A DNA stretch of 64,000 bases, taken from the IMG/VR virus record IMGVR_UViG_3300011577_000001; one strand, 5' to 3'. Origin of the DNA: a virus. Lineage: Duplodnaviria; Caudoviricetes. Both the position numbers and the translations under genes were made by a program. Below are positions 39,748 to 49,328 of this stretch, piece by piece (the first letter of the stretch is position 1; each line of letters begins with the position of its first letter). The notes under the pieces are model-generated. The model did no database searches and was not told the origin of the DNA. It was given only the letters and a program-made list of their open reading frames with translations.

Positions 39748-39786
39748 CGGCATAGAGGGAGGGCGCAGGCCCTCCCCTTATGCTCA
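39747..39786. terminator. bidirectional terminator
   Basis: GGCATA-GAGGGAGGGC-GCAG-GCCCTCCCC-TTATGC. Confidence 0.75.
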
Positions 39787-41019
39787 CTTCTTCTTGGACT
39801 TGTTGTAGTCGCGCAGCTTTTGCTTGGCGTCTTCATCATCCGAGGAGGTGATTGCTGCTACCATTGCGGTGTGACCACCGTTGGCAGCCATGCGACCCAG
39901 TTCCACGAAGCGGTTGCGCATGCGTTCGCACTTAGCCAACATGGCGTCGTACTTCTGCACTACGTCGATCATCTTCTTCATGGAAGCGATGCACTTACGC
40001 AAGGCGCGTTCAACGTCAGCCCCGACTTTCGGGTTGAAGGTGGATTTCTCCAACTTGTTGACGTCACGCAGCAAGTTCTCCAGTTGGCCTGGTTGCTTGA
40101 CTTTACGCAGCGGACACTTGTCGACAGAGTAGCCCTCCAAGTCGTTCAGTACTTTCTCTCCGTTGAAGGAGTTCGTGTAGGCTTGAGCGATGGTGGAGTT
40201 CAGACTGTCGATGATCTCCCGCATGTCTTCTTGGTAATCAACCGGCTCACCAGAGACGCGATGGATCACTTGGAAGGTCTGACGGATGACCGGGTCGGTG
40301 TCGCGGATCTCGATGTCGTTCAGGCTGGTCAGCACACGGTTGACAGCCATCTCGTCATTGGAGTTGTCCTTCTTCGACTCACGTTCGATCAGGGTCGCCA
40401 TCATTTGCATTTTGGTGACCATGGTGGCGAAGGTCGAATCAGCAGAAGCCAAGCAACGAGTGATCGGACCCTGGGCCAAGATGTCACGCAGGACACCGTT
40501 GTACAGTTGGGCCATTTCATCGTAGATCGGCTTGAGCTTTTCAGCTTTGCGTTCTTCGTAGTCGCGACGAATCGGCAGGGACACCATCTTCTCCAAGTCA
40601 CGGGTGGACTTGATGGAGGAGGTCATCTGCTCAGCCGACTTCTGGGCTTCTTTCGAAGCTTTGTCGTTGGCTTTGAACATACCAACCAGCCAGAAGATCA
40701 GTTTGGTCACCAGCGCTACGAAAGCCGCTACCGCACCACCAATCAGAGCCGCACTGGCCGCACTCATCGACTCCATCGAAACGGAGTAGTTGGTGAGGGT
40801 GGGGTTCTTACTGAAACTGTTGAGTTTCAGGTGGGCAGGGAGCAGATGCTGTACCGGTTGGATCATCGTTCTGCTAACGCCGTTCTCACGACGCATCGCG
40901 TTGATTACCATGTCGATATCCAGCGCCTTGGACTCCATCGAGAGCATGATCTCTTCTTCGTCGATGGTATCCGGCTTCTCGGGTTCTGGAAGACCTGTGG
41001 TAGTAGAGCTGAGGGTCAT
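39784..41019 (-). CDS. processed head protein (gp86-like)
   Basis: SME sites, NYSVSME followed by a hydrophobic helix. Confidence 0.55.
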   Translation of the reverse strand: MTLSSTTTGLPEPEKPDTIDEEEIMLSMESKALDIDMVINAMRRENGVSRTMIQPVQHLLPAHLKLNSFSKNPTLTNYSVSMESMSAASAALIGGAVAAFVALVTKLIFWLVGMFKANDKASKEAQKSAEQMTSSIKSTRDLEKMVSLPIRRDYEERKAEKLKPIYDEMAQLYNGVLRDILAQGPITRCLASADSTFATMVTKMQMMATLIERESKKDNSNDEMAVNRVLTSLNDIEIRDTDPVIRQTFQVIHRVSGEPVDYQEDMREIIDSLNSTIAQAYTNSFNGEKVLNDLEGYSVDKCPLRKVKQPGQLENLLRDVNKLEKSTFNPKVGADVERALRKCIASMKKMIDVVQKYDAMLAKCERMRNRFVELGRMAANGGHTAMVAAITSSDDEDAKQKLRDYNKSKKK

Positions 41020-41029
41020 ACCAGTCTCC

Positions 41030-41476
41030 TTAGAAAACGCTGTTGGTCTGGAAGACCTCGATCAGGTCGCGGTTCTCGTAAACACACTTGTAGCGGTTTG
41101 CGATCTCGCAGGAAACCGGGTCGGTGACTTCGCCGCACAGCAACAGGTTCTTCAGCAGGGAAGAAGCGGCCGGATGAGTAGCGTCGTGACACAGACGGTA
41201 ACGAGTAATCCACAGTTTGAACACCAGGTTTTCAACGATGTCCATGTCGATCACATGCTGTTCGTTGATCACGTTCAGCGCTTTACCGATGTTGATGCGC
41301 AGGGTGTTGCGGTACCACGCTTCTGGATGATCCACAGCACTCGAAGGGAGAGGGAGCTGGGCTGCCAGGGCGTCGGCCACCAACAGGCTAACCACCTTGC
41401 AGCGGTCAGCGAATTGCACTTCACCACAATCCAAAGCGCGTTGGATAGCAGTGGCGATAGGTTTGATCTGGAGCAT
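41030..41476 (-). CDS. conserved hypothetical protein
   Basis: ORF in operon. Confidence 0.6.
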   Translation of the reverse strand: MLQIKPIATAIQRALDCGEVQFADRCKVVSLLVADALAAQLPLPSSAVDHPEAWYRNTLRINIGKALNVINEQHVIDMDIVENLVFKLWITRYRLCHDATHPAASSLLKNLLLCGEVTDPVSCEIANRYKCVYENRDLIEVFQTNSVF

Positions 41477-41485
41477 GTGGGAGCC

Positions 41486-42754
41486 CTATGCGAATTTCAG
41501 GTTGGTGAGTTTCTCGGCAGTCACGAAGAGCTGGTTGTTCACCAGTTTCTCGAGTTCTACCTGGAAGCGGAGTTGTTCGTACTGACGACGACCGCTCGGC
41601 AGGATGGAGGTGTAGAAGAACTCCATCAAGGTGCGTTTGTCATCGATGTTCTTGAGCAAGGCGTCGACCGCTTCGATGTCGTCCACGATTGCTTTGCGCT
41701 GATCGGCTGGCAGGTCTTTTTGCTTGAGGGAAGCAACCAGCTCACGCTTCATACGACCAAGGCGGGCACCTGGATCGTCGTACAGCTTCATGGCAGGGTT
41801 GATCAGCAGCACCAGCAGGATCAGGCCGCAGGTTGGGATCAACAGGGCGAAGAACAGGATCACACGGATCACGGTAGCGAAGATGTGCATGCCGGTAGAC
41901 ATGTACGAGGCGTCGCCGCCGTAGTGGCGGTGAATCTTGTCCAGGCCAGTAGCCAGGTAACGACCAGCACCGGCGCGGATAGCGTACTGGTCAGCCAGTG
42001 CTTCGGTCGCGGTGATGTCGTAGATGTTCGAGCCCAGGGAAGACTTGGCTTCGAGGATGGCTTTACGCAGTACGACGGTCTGGAAGACTTCTTTACTGTC
42101 ACACTTGACCAGTGCTTCAGGGTCATCCAGCGAGATTTCCAACGCTTTACAAGTCTCGTCCAGAATCTGCGTCCGTTTTACCAGATCGTCAGACTTGAAG
42201 AAGGCTTGGGTGGCCGCGTGTAGAATTACGTTCGTCGTTAATGTATGACCGAGGAACTCGTAGTAGGTGAACAGGTGCCCCACTTCGTGCAGTGTAACGG
42301 CTGCGCGTTCTTCATCACACAGCAGGGTGCTTTCACACAGACCCTTGTAAACAGTGAGCTGGTGTTCGATCTCGGTGAAGATACCGTACACCTTACCTTG
42401 TTTCAGGTCCACAGAACCCTTAATGATGTCGCTACGACGGGCTTTGATGAACTTCTTCACGTCGGTGTTATCGATGTGAGGTTTCCACCAATCGTAGATC
42501 AGCGGGTTGTTCTTGTCGACCATCGGCGGAATGACATACGCATTGATGTCATTGTTTTTCTCGACCTTGAATTTGACCTTGAGGCCAGTGTGACGCTTGA
42601 TGATTTCTTCGAATCCGATCCGCTTAAGGGCGTCTCCTTCGTAGGCCTTCTCCGTACGCATACGCTGGAAAGCCAACGTAAGCTCTTTGAAGAAGAGATC
42701 ATTCTGGACCTGAATGGCCTCGAGGCCGATGGAAAGTCGTTTACTGGTTAACAT
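41486..42754 (-). CDS. virion head protein with zincin metallopeptidase motif and hydrophobic hairpin
   Basis: N-terminal GLE cleavage-like site, NAY, LHEVGH, EALADQYA, YD.P..RL. Confidence 0.6.
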   Translation of the reverse strand: MLTSKRLSIGLEAIQVQNDLFFKELTLAFQRMRTEKAYEGDALKRIGFEEIIKRHTGLKVKFKVEKNNDINAYVIPPMVDKNNPLIYDWWKPHIDNTDVKKFIKARRSDIIKGSVDLKQGKVYGIFTEIEHQLTVYKGLCESTLLCDEERAAVTLHEVGHLFTYYEFLGHTLTTNVILHAATQAFFKSDDLVKRTQILDETCKALEISLDDPEALVKCDSKEVFQTVVLRKAILEAKSSLGSNIYDITATEALADQYAIRAGAGRYLATGLDKIHRHYGGDASYMSTGMHIFATVIRVILFFALLIPTCGLILLVLLINPAMKLYDDPGARLGRMKRELVASLKQKDLPADQRKAIVDDIEAVDALLKNIDDKRTLMEFFYTSILPSGRRQYEQLRFQVELEKLVNNQLFVTAEKLTNLKFA

Positions 42755-42839
42755 ATCAGCTCCATGGCTCGGGGGTGGGCTGTTAGAAAAGATGACTCAT
42801 AATGATAGTTTGAGCATGGGCTACTAAAGGAAACGGGCA

Positions 42840-44531
42840 GTGAACCAACCGAAATTTAACCCAGATGAAGTTAAAGGTTACGAAGTCAAACACGTAACTT
42901 ACACCAAGTCGAACAACCCGGATTCTCGTGACGATGCGCTGATCATCAAGAAGGTCGCGCACATGAAAAACGGTGACCTGATCCCTTTCGTTGACTTGGA
43001 AGTGAACTACAAGCGCACGTTCTATGTCGAGCGCCAGCAGAACTATTCGGAGAAGAAAACCCAGCAAAAACGTAGTCGTCTCCAACCGTTCACCTGTACT
43101 CAGCGTAACCTGATCCCAGCGATTGGTCGAGCATTAGGTCGAGGCAAGTTATCGGGTGGTCTACGAACCATTGCGCGTAACCCTTTCCTATACGGCACTG
43201 ACATCACCAGTGCTACGCTGTACAAACAAGACTTCCGTAAAGCCTATCCAGATTGTAACTCGCCTAACCGGGTGGCTGTGTTCGACATTGAAACTGATGT
43301 CGTTAACGGTGACGGTAGCGAACCGATCTGTATGTCCCTGACCTTCAAGGACAAGGTCTACCTGGCTGTTACGAAGAAGTGGATCGGCAGCATTCAGAAC
43401 TTTGAAGAGAAGGCCCACAAGGCGGCTGAGAAGTACCTGAGCGAGCACTTCAAAGCTCGGAACATCACCATGGAAGTTCAGGTGGTGGATACTCCGGGTC
43501 AAGCGGTAGTGGAAACGTTCAAGCGTGCTCACGAATGGCAGCCTGACTTCGTGTCTGTCTGGAACATCAACTTCGACCTTCCTAAGTGCTTGCAGGTATT
43601 GAAGAACGAAGGGATCGATCCTGCTCAGGTGTTCTCCGACCCGTCGGTACCAGAAGAGTACAAGTTCTTCCGTTATAAGGAAGGCAATGCGACCAAGGTC
43701 ACTGCTACTGGTCGCGTGGACTCGATTCACCCAGCAGAGCGTTGGCACGTAGCTGAATGCCCTGCCAGCTTCTTCTTGATCGACTCGATGTGCGTGTACA
43801 AGCGCATTCGTATGGCCAAGCAGAACGAACCGAGCTACGGCTTGGATGCTGTAATGAAGAAGAACCTCAAGAACCTGGGTAAGCTCAAGTTCGCTGAGGC
43901 TGACGCTTACAGCGGTCTGCAATGGCACATCTTCATGCAGGAACACTACAAAGTCGAATACGCGATCTATAACGTCTTTGACTGCATTGGTGTGGAACTG
44001 CTCGACGAGAAGATCAAAGACCTGCAACTGGTTATCTCGACTCAGTCCAAAGCGTCGGAGTACACCATCTACAACTCGCAGCCTAAGCGACTCGTGGATG
44101 ACTTCTACTTCTTCTGCTTGGAGCGCGATTACGTTCTGGGTTCTTGCTCGGATGAAATGGCGCACGAGTACGACCAGTACGTCACCGACATGAAGGGTTG
44201 GATCGTTACGCTACCGTCTCACCAGACTGTGGATAACGGGATCAACGTCATTGAAGAGATGCCAGACGTGCGGACCTACATCCGTACCCACGTGGCAGAC
44301 TTGGACATTGTATCAACCTACCCGAACGTACAGGTGATCCTGAACATCTCGCGTGAGACCACTCGTCGTGAGCTGTACAAGATTGCAGGTATCGATGTCC
44401 GTACACAACGGATGGCGGGTATCAACCTCACCGGTGGTCATGTGAACGCTGTTGAGATTGCGTGCTCGGTTTACCAAGCGCCGAACTTCGACATGCTGTT
44501 GGCTGACTTCGAAGCTGAACAAGCGGCATAG
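42840..44531 (+). CDS. family B DNA polymerase subunit (3'-5' exonuclease plus motif A; phiKZ gp82-like split polymerase)
   Basis: ExoI FDIETD, ExoII WNINFD, ExoIII YNVFD, motif A DLDIVSTYP; motifs B and C absent. Confidence 0.85.
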   Translation: MNQPKFNPDEVKGYEVKHVTYTKSNNPDSRDDALIIKKVAHMKNGDLIPFVDLEVNYKRTFYVERQQNYSEKKTQQKRSRLQPFTCTQRNLIPAIGRALGRGKLSGGLRTIARNPFLYGTDITSATLYKQDFRKAYPDCNSPNRVAVFDIETDVVNGDGSEPICMSLTFKDKVYLAVTKKWIGSIQNFEEKAHKAAEKYLSEHFKARNITMEVQVVDTPGQAVVETFKRAHEWQPDFVSVWNINFDLPKCLQVLKNEGIDPAQVFSDPSVPEEYKFFRYKEGNATKVTATGRVDSIHPAERWHVAECPASFFLIDSMCVYKRIRMAKQNEPSYGLDAVMKKNLKNLGKLKFAEADAYSGLQWHIFMQEHYKVEYAIYNVFDCIGVELLDEKIKDLQLVISTQSKASEYTIYNSQPKRLVDDFYFFCLERDYVLGSCSDEMAHEYDQYVTDMKGWIVTLPSHQTVDNGINVIEEMPDVRTYIRTHVADLDIVSTYPNVQVILNISRETTRRELYKIAGIDVRTQRMAGINLTGGHVNAVEIACSVYQAPNFDMLLADFEAEQAA

Positions 44532-44572
44532 AAGCAAAAAAAAGGAGAGGGTAAAACCTCTCCTTTATGCTG

Positions 44573-45022
44573 TCAATGCGGCGGACGCCATGTACCCTTC
44601 TTCTGCTTTCGAATAACTTCTTCTAAGCCTCGGATATCGTCTTGGTCTTTAGGTCGATTCAAGGAACGTTTGAACTTGAGGATTTCCTCAGGAGCCCACA
44701 TCCCTACTCCATCCACCACGATTACGGGGATGTCAGGATTACCACATTGTACATCGACAACATGGTTCATTTCTAACATCTCCATGTCTGGATCATAGTA
44801 GTTCTTGACCTTGAACTTTTTGGATTTCTTCCAAGCCGTGTAGACTTCCAGAGGTACATCCATATCGATGTCGGAGGTATATTGGCGAATACCCAACAAG
44901 AGACACCCACCACCTGCTAACACTGGAGCTTGTTCTGGCTTAAGGTCATACTGACGAATGAACTTAAGGTACTCCCAGATAAATTCATTACGGGACAACA
45001 CTTTCTTACCATCTACTATCAC
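44573..45022 (-). CDS. small nucleotidyltransferase-fold protein
   Basis: VLAGGGC...GIR..T.DIDMD, and K..LNRPKD..DI. Confidence 0.65.
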   Translation of the reverse strand: MIVDGKKVLSRNEFIWEYLKFIRQYDLKPEQAPVLAGGGCLLLGIRQYTSDIDMDVPLEVYTAWKKSKKFKVKNYYDPDMEMLEMNHVVDVQCGNPDIPVIVVDGVGMWAPEEILKFKRSLNRPKDQDDIRGLEEVIRKQKKGTWRPPH

Positions 45023-45121
45023 GATTACAGCCCCTATGAAAAAAATCATATGATAGCAAAAAAAGAAGGGGTGCGAGCCCCTTCTTTATGTCGTCAGTCT
45101 TCTAGACGCTGACGCGCCAGT

Positions 45122-46087
45122 TCATTTCAGTGAACCGTAGATTGGCTGTTGGAAGTCGGTGTCGTAAGCAAACTCGCCCGGCAGGTGGTTGTTGCCATCA
45201 GCCAGTTGGATTTGCAGGACACGCGGTTTCTCAGAACGAGTGATGCAGATCACCTTCTCGTAGTCTGGGTTCTCCCACTCGACCAGTTGGGCACGGACCA
45301 GAGTTTCGTCTGGGCGAGCCAGACCCACATCAACCTCACCCACTTCCAACGGAGTAGTCGACTGAGCCAACATCAGGATCACGTGCGACAACAAGTTCAG
45401 AGGCTGAGCCGCCGAGATATACAACTCGTAACCGAGGGTGCTCACCAGGCCGGTGGTGTAGATGAACTGCGGAACGTCGCCGTTGGCTTCGACGTGTTGA
45501 GCAGCGAAACCGTGTTCAGCGATCAGGCGATCGGTACGGTCCTGAACGATGGAACGCTCAACCGACTGGAGGGTCTTGGTCAGTTGTTCACGGTTCAGGT
45601 CTTTACGAGCACCCAGGCCTTTGAAGAACAGCTCGCGAGTGATACCTTCGTTGACGAACTCACGGGTGTGGTAAGCCGTGGAGAGCATCTCGGCTTCGAA
45701 CTGTTCGATGTACAGCTCAGGCGATTGGGCAACCTTGATCAGGAACTCGCGCATGTCTTCACCGGTTGGGATCAGCGCATGTACGAAGAAGAGGTTACCG
45801 ACGATTGGTGCGTCGTTGTACTCTTCGGGTTCCACGTAGCGACCGTAGTCGTTGTTGACCAGGTACTTGATGAAGCCGGTGCAGATGGTTTCAGCCATCG
45901 GGTGGTCAATCTTGTCGAGGTTGTCGTAGCTGTTCACGCCTTCCGGCAACGCGACCGACGAGATGTAGATCTCGTACATCTGGTACGGGTTGAACTGACG
46001 GCTGGCTTCAAAGCCGAAACCGAAGAACGACGCCATTGCCATCGGAGCCAGTTGGAAGATTGCGCGTGGGCCTTTATGGTTTTGCAT
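45122..46087 (-). CDS. hypothetical protein with C-terminal DUF4262-like domain
   Basis: FIYTTGL...GYEL, QIQLADGNNHLPGE..YD..FQQP; AAGGAG RBS at 46087. Confidence 0.6.
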   Translation of the reverse strand: MQNHKGPRAIFQLAPMAMASFFGFGFEASRQFNPYQMYEIYISSVALPEGVNSYDNLDKIDHPMAETICTGFIKYLVNNDYGRYVEPEEYNDAPIVGNLFFVHALIPTGEDMREFLIKVAQSPELYIEQFEAEMLSTAYHTREFVNEGITRELFFKGLGARKDLNREQLTKTLQSVERSIVQDRTDRLIAEHGFAAQHVEANGDVPQFIYTTGLVSTLGYELYISAAQPLNLLSHVILMLAQSTTPLEVGEVDVGLARPDETLVRAQLVEWENPDYEKVICITRSEKPRVLQIQLADGNNHLPGEFAYDTDFQQPIYGSLK

Positions 46088-46159
46088 TTTAATGCTCCTT
46101 AGCATCAATAGGTTTATCGTCGAATTGGACATCAACGACACTTCTGAAGGTTAATAAGA

Positions 46160-46939
46160 TTAGGCTTTTGGGAATGGTATTAATGGACGACTGACCAGTT
46201 CCTCGTAGACATGGTAGAGTTCATCATAAAAGTCGATGTCGACCTCTTTAATGCCCCACAACAACTTAGGTTTGTAAATTGTAAAATCTCCATCCTCACC
46301 ATCGACTATGATATATTTCGACCCAAAGTGAGTGAAAGTTCGATAGCCGCTTGGTTTGTGATCAGGGTCAATTTTTTGTATCGCCGATATGAGTTCACCG
46401 ACACTACCACTGATGATCATTTCGTTGGCTATGGATTGAAGATGGTCAACCTCGAAAGTGGCGCCAAAGACTTTGAGGTCAATCTCCAAATCCTCGAAGT
46501 TACCGTTGTATTCGACCTCAAGCATCAATGTAACTTCGGTATCTGGTACAGTGCATTTCCAAACAGCCGTACTTCCACCGAAGATCATCAATTCCAAAGT
46601 GTAGCCCGCGTAAGGGGCAAACTTCGAAAAGTCGTGTTCCGTGAAAACTTTAGTTACCATTTGTTGCGGGATGTAGCGAGGTAGCACCAAGGTCTCGTGA
46701 CTAACCAAAATATCGTGATCATTGGTAGCGATCTGGATGGCGTGGGTAGCTGTAGTTACCGCATACCAAGTTACGGTCTCGTCCGGCTCAACGGAACATT
46801 TCCATTCGTTGTTAGGATCTTCTGCCGAATGAGTCCAGAGATTAATGCCGTGCTGCTTCTCCAGTTGTTTGGCAGTTTCCAAATCGATATCGTCGAAGTG
46901 ATGGAAAGTTTCTACAAATTCAGCGGTTACTTTAGACAT
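46160..46939 (-). CDS. hypothetical protein (AT-rich)
   Basis: AGGAG RBS; 259 aa. Confidence 0.7.
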   Translation of the reverse strand: MSKVTAEFVETFHHFDDIDLETAKQLEKQHGINLWTHSAEDPNNEWKCSVEPDETVTWYAVTTATHAIQIATNDHDILVSHETLVLPRYIPQQMVTKVFTEHDFSKFAPYAGYTLELMIFGGSTAVWKCTVPDTEVTLMLEVEYNGNFEDLEIDLKVFGATFEVDHLQSIANEMIISGSVGELISAIQKIDPDHKPSGYRTFTHFGSKYIIVDGEDGDFTIYKPKLLWGIKEVDIDFYDELYHVYEELVSRPLIPFPKA

Positions 46940-46957
46940 GTTTTGTTCTCCTGAGAA

Positions 46958-47215
46958 CTAGAAATTATCGAACGCTGTCAATTGTTTTTCAAGACGGGTT
47001 CTAAACTTATCTACCTCGTACCAATAGAAGTACGGAAGGTTTTTAGTTCCCAGTTGCCCGTGGAACTCGACGACGCACGGGTAGGTAGGTTCGTACCCAC
47101 CCGGTTGTCTGGGATTACAAGGTCTTCCAAAGTGTCGCGCCGCAGCCTCGTTAAAGCCTGCGGCAGTACGGACAATGTAAACCCCATAATCAACTTGGCG
47201 GTATACATCACCCAT
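46958..47215 (-). CDS. small hypothetical protein, paralogue of 47218
   Basis: RT.A and P..YPCVV motifs; AGGAG RBS. Confidence 0.65.
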   Translation of the reverse strand: MGDVYRQVDYGVYIVRTAAGFNEAAARHFGRPCNPRQPGGYEPTYPCVVEFHGQLGTKNLPYFYWYEVDKFRTRLEKQLTAFDNF

Positions 47216-47217
47216 AC

Positions 47218-47493
47218 TTACTCTCCTTGAACTTCTCGGAACTGTGCCAGCAGCTTGTCCTTATAAGCTTCGAGACACATCCAGCGAACACCCATGTCGC
47301 CCCAACGATCGAAGTAGGTCCATACCACACACGGGTACTTCTTCGGGTAGTTGGTTGGGTAGTCTAGCGGTTCGTCGTTTTCCTTATGCTCCCGTTTCAC
47401 AAGGTCACGGTAAGCAGCTTGCGTACGGCAGAGATGTCCACCACACATCAAGCGTTTGTAATTCGGTCTTGCAGCAGTTGTCACAGTGTCCAT
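47218..47493 (-). CDS. small hypothetical protein, paralogue of 46958
   Basis: RTQAA and YPKKYPCVV. Confidence 0.65.
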   Translation of the reverse strand: MDTVTTAARPNYKRLMCGGHLCRTQAAYRDLVKREHKENDEPLDYPTNYPKKYPCVVWTYFDRWGDMGVRWMCLEAYKDKLLAQFREVQGE

Positions 47494-47547
47494 TCCCCAG
47501 CCCCTCTATTGGGCTACAAAAAAGAAGGGGTCAGTAGACCCCGATAT

Positions 47548-47964
47548 TTATTTCGAGCGTTCCTCGAACATCGTGAGGACTTTGGCCCTGGTCCTGCGCA
47601 CCCAACGACCACAGGGTACTTGCGTACCCGTCTTGTGACCTTGGAGCACACGGTCTCGTTCAGTTTTGAACACCAGAGGCAGAGGATAATACACCCAACC
47701 GTTATCAATCACCCGCCGTACCAAGGAGTAGTTGTACTCCCGACTCTCCACCTTCTCGTAGATCCCACGTCTACAGTGTTCGAGTTCTTCTTCGTTTACT
47801 TCGTCGTAAAGGATGGTAGTCACCCCAGTCTCGTCGTCAACGAACTGTTTCTTTCGGAAGATCAGTCCATCGATAGCATGGCTGTAGATTTTGTCATCCC
47901 TCTTTACGATCACACGGTCGGCGGTCTCGGTCATGGGACTTGAATCCCGTTCTTGTTGACCCAC
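47548..47964 (-). CDS. hypothetical protein
   Basis: ORF; alternative start at 47934 with ATGA overlap. Confidence 0.6.
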   Translation of the reverse strand: MGQQERDSSPMTETADRVIVKRDDKIYSHAIDGLIFRKKQFVDDETGVTTILYDEVNEEELEHCRRGIYEKVESREYNYSLVRRVIDNGWVYYPLPLVFKTERDRVLQGHKTGTQVPCGRWVRRTRAKVLTMFEERSK

Positions 47965-48224
47965 TCCACAACTTCTTTCTCGATCTTGCGGAGTTTCTCT
48001 TGCGGATACTTCTTCGGATCAAAGAGCACGTGGTCGCCATCTTGTAGGTCGTAGTCGAAGAACTCCTTCCCTGTGGCGTAGTTATAACACCAACCCTGAT
48101 TGCAATGGGTGGGCTGCATGTCTTTGACCCAGTACGGATCTTGATCTGCTTTTGGTTGAGCACCAACGTTCGCCTGAACAGAAGCACAGGCTACCAGAGC
48201 GATTACTGCGAAAAGAGTTTTCAT
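47931..48224 (-). CDS. small exported protein or lipoprotein with CxxGWC
   Basis: MKTLFAVIALVAC lipobox-like or VQA signal; PTHCNQGWC. Confidence 0.65.
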   Translation of the reverse strand: MKTLFAVIALVACASVQANVGAQPKADQDPYWVKDMQPTHCNQGWCYNYATGKEFFDYDLQDGDHVLFDPKKYPQEKLRKIEKEVVEWVNKNGIQVP

Positions 48225-48231
48225 TATTATG

Positions 48232-48543
48232 TCATTCCACAATGACTAGTTTTTGATTGTCGAAGAGTGCTGGCAAACCCATAGGGTCTTCCCTCTCCAG
48301 ACGGAGGAACTCTTCCACCGAGATGGGGTTATCCAAATCAGTGAAAGCGATGTAACGAATACCACCGCACTCACTTTTCACGTAAGCGTAGGGGTAAGGG
48401 GCTTTCTTGGTCGGGAGGTTATCCTCGATCCATTTGGTCGCTGCTTGAGCTTCCTCGAGAGTCTTGAAGACTTTATCCGAGGTGTGCTGAATCATGACCT
48501 TGCAGGTTTTAGGATCAGTGTGATACATGGAGCAACCCCGCAT
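48232..48543 (-). CDS. hypothetical protein
   Basis: ORF in operon. Confidence 0.6.
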   Translation of the reverse strand: MRGCSMYHTDPKTCKVMIQHTSDKVFKTLEEAQAATKWIEDNLPTKKAPYPYAYVKSECGGIRYIAFTDLDNPISVEEFLRLEREDPMGLPALFDNQKLVIVE

Positions 48544-48793
48544 CCGACAAGTCCTTACGGATCATGCGGTACACGATCCAAGTAGCAACTACTACGAAGA
48601 ACAGCAACCAGACCTTGAAGATCGCCAGCGCCAGCGCGATAAAGAAGAACCCAGTTGGAGAGAAGTTCTGGACGCCCCACAGTGCAACCTTGAGCCAGAA
48701 CGTTTCTTTCTTTGTCAGGATGTATTCGCGGCTGGCTTTCCAGACCACGAACAACCCGAACAACACCAGTACCAGAATCAAAACACCCATCAC
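48515..48793 (-). CDS. small membrane protein
   Basis: About three hydrophobic segments; AGGAG RBS. Confidence 0.65.
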   Translation of the reverse strand: MMGVLILVLVLFGLFVVWKASREYILTKKETFWLKVALWGVQNFSPTGFFFIALALAIFKVWLLFFVVVATWIVYRMIRKDLSDAGLLHVSH

Positions 48794-48801
48794 CCTTCTC
48801 C

Positions 48802-49095
48802 TTAGAAGACGTACTTCACCACTTTGATATTAGCCCGCGTTGCCACGGGGTGCAGATCCGCTCGGCTCCACTGTTGAGTGACGCTTTGCGAATAATCTTT
48901 CAGGTGCTGCGCTTCTTCCTGAGGGTGCTCAGGAGTCCCTTTGACGTGCGGAATGAAGATCGCAGTCAATACCAGGGCTACGACGAAGAACAGCACCAGC
49001 CAGCGCAGGAACGCGTTCTGACGTGCCAGTTCACGTTGGTCCACGTTCTCCAGATCGTGGATCAGTTTTGCGTTCTTTTCAGCTTCCTTATCCAT
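48802..49095 (-). CDS. single-TM membrane protein
   Basis: WLVLFFVVALVLTAIFI; TAATG overlap. Confidence 0.65.
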   Translation of the reverse strand: MDKEAEKNAKLIHDLENVDQRELARQNAFLRWLVLFFVVALVLTAIFIPHVKGTPEHPQEEAQHLKDYSQSVTQQWSRADLHPVATRANIKVVKYVF

Positions 49096-49295
49096 TACTT
49101 ACCCACCCACACTTTGACTTCGGTTTGTTCGAACGAGCCGTCTTCCAGGACGACAGTTTGTTTCACATTGCACCAGCCAGCTTCACACTGAGCAGGCTCA
49201 GCTTTGAAGTCCTTGAGTTGGTACATGGCGAAGGCCGAAGAGCAGATGCCAGCGATGGCGATAACGGCGATCAGAGCTTTTACGAATTTGTTCAT
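49095..49295 (-). CDS. small exported protein with CxxGWC
   Basis: Signal peptide ending AFA; PAQCEAGWC. Confidence 0.65.
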   Translation of the reverse strand: MNKFVKALIAVIAIAGICSSAFAMYQLKDFKAEPAQCEAGWCNVKQTVVLEDGSFEQTEVKVWVGK

Positions 49296-49328
49296 GGTTC
49301 TTTTCCTTCTGAGGATTTTAAGTTTAGT

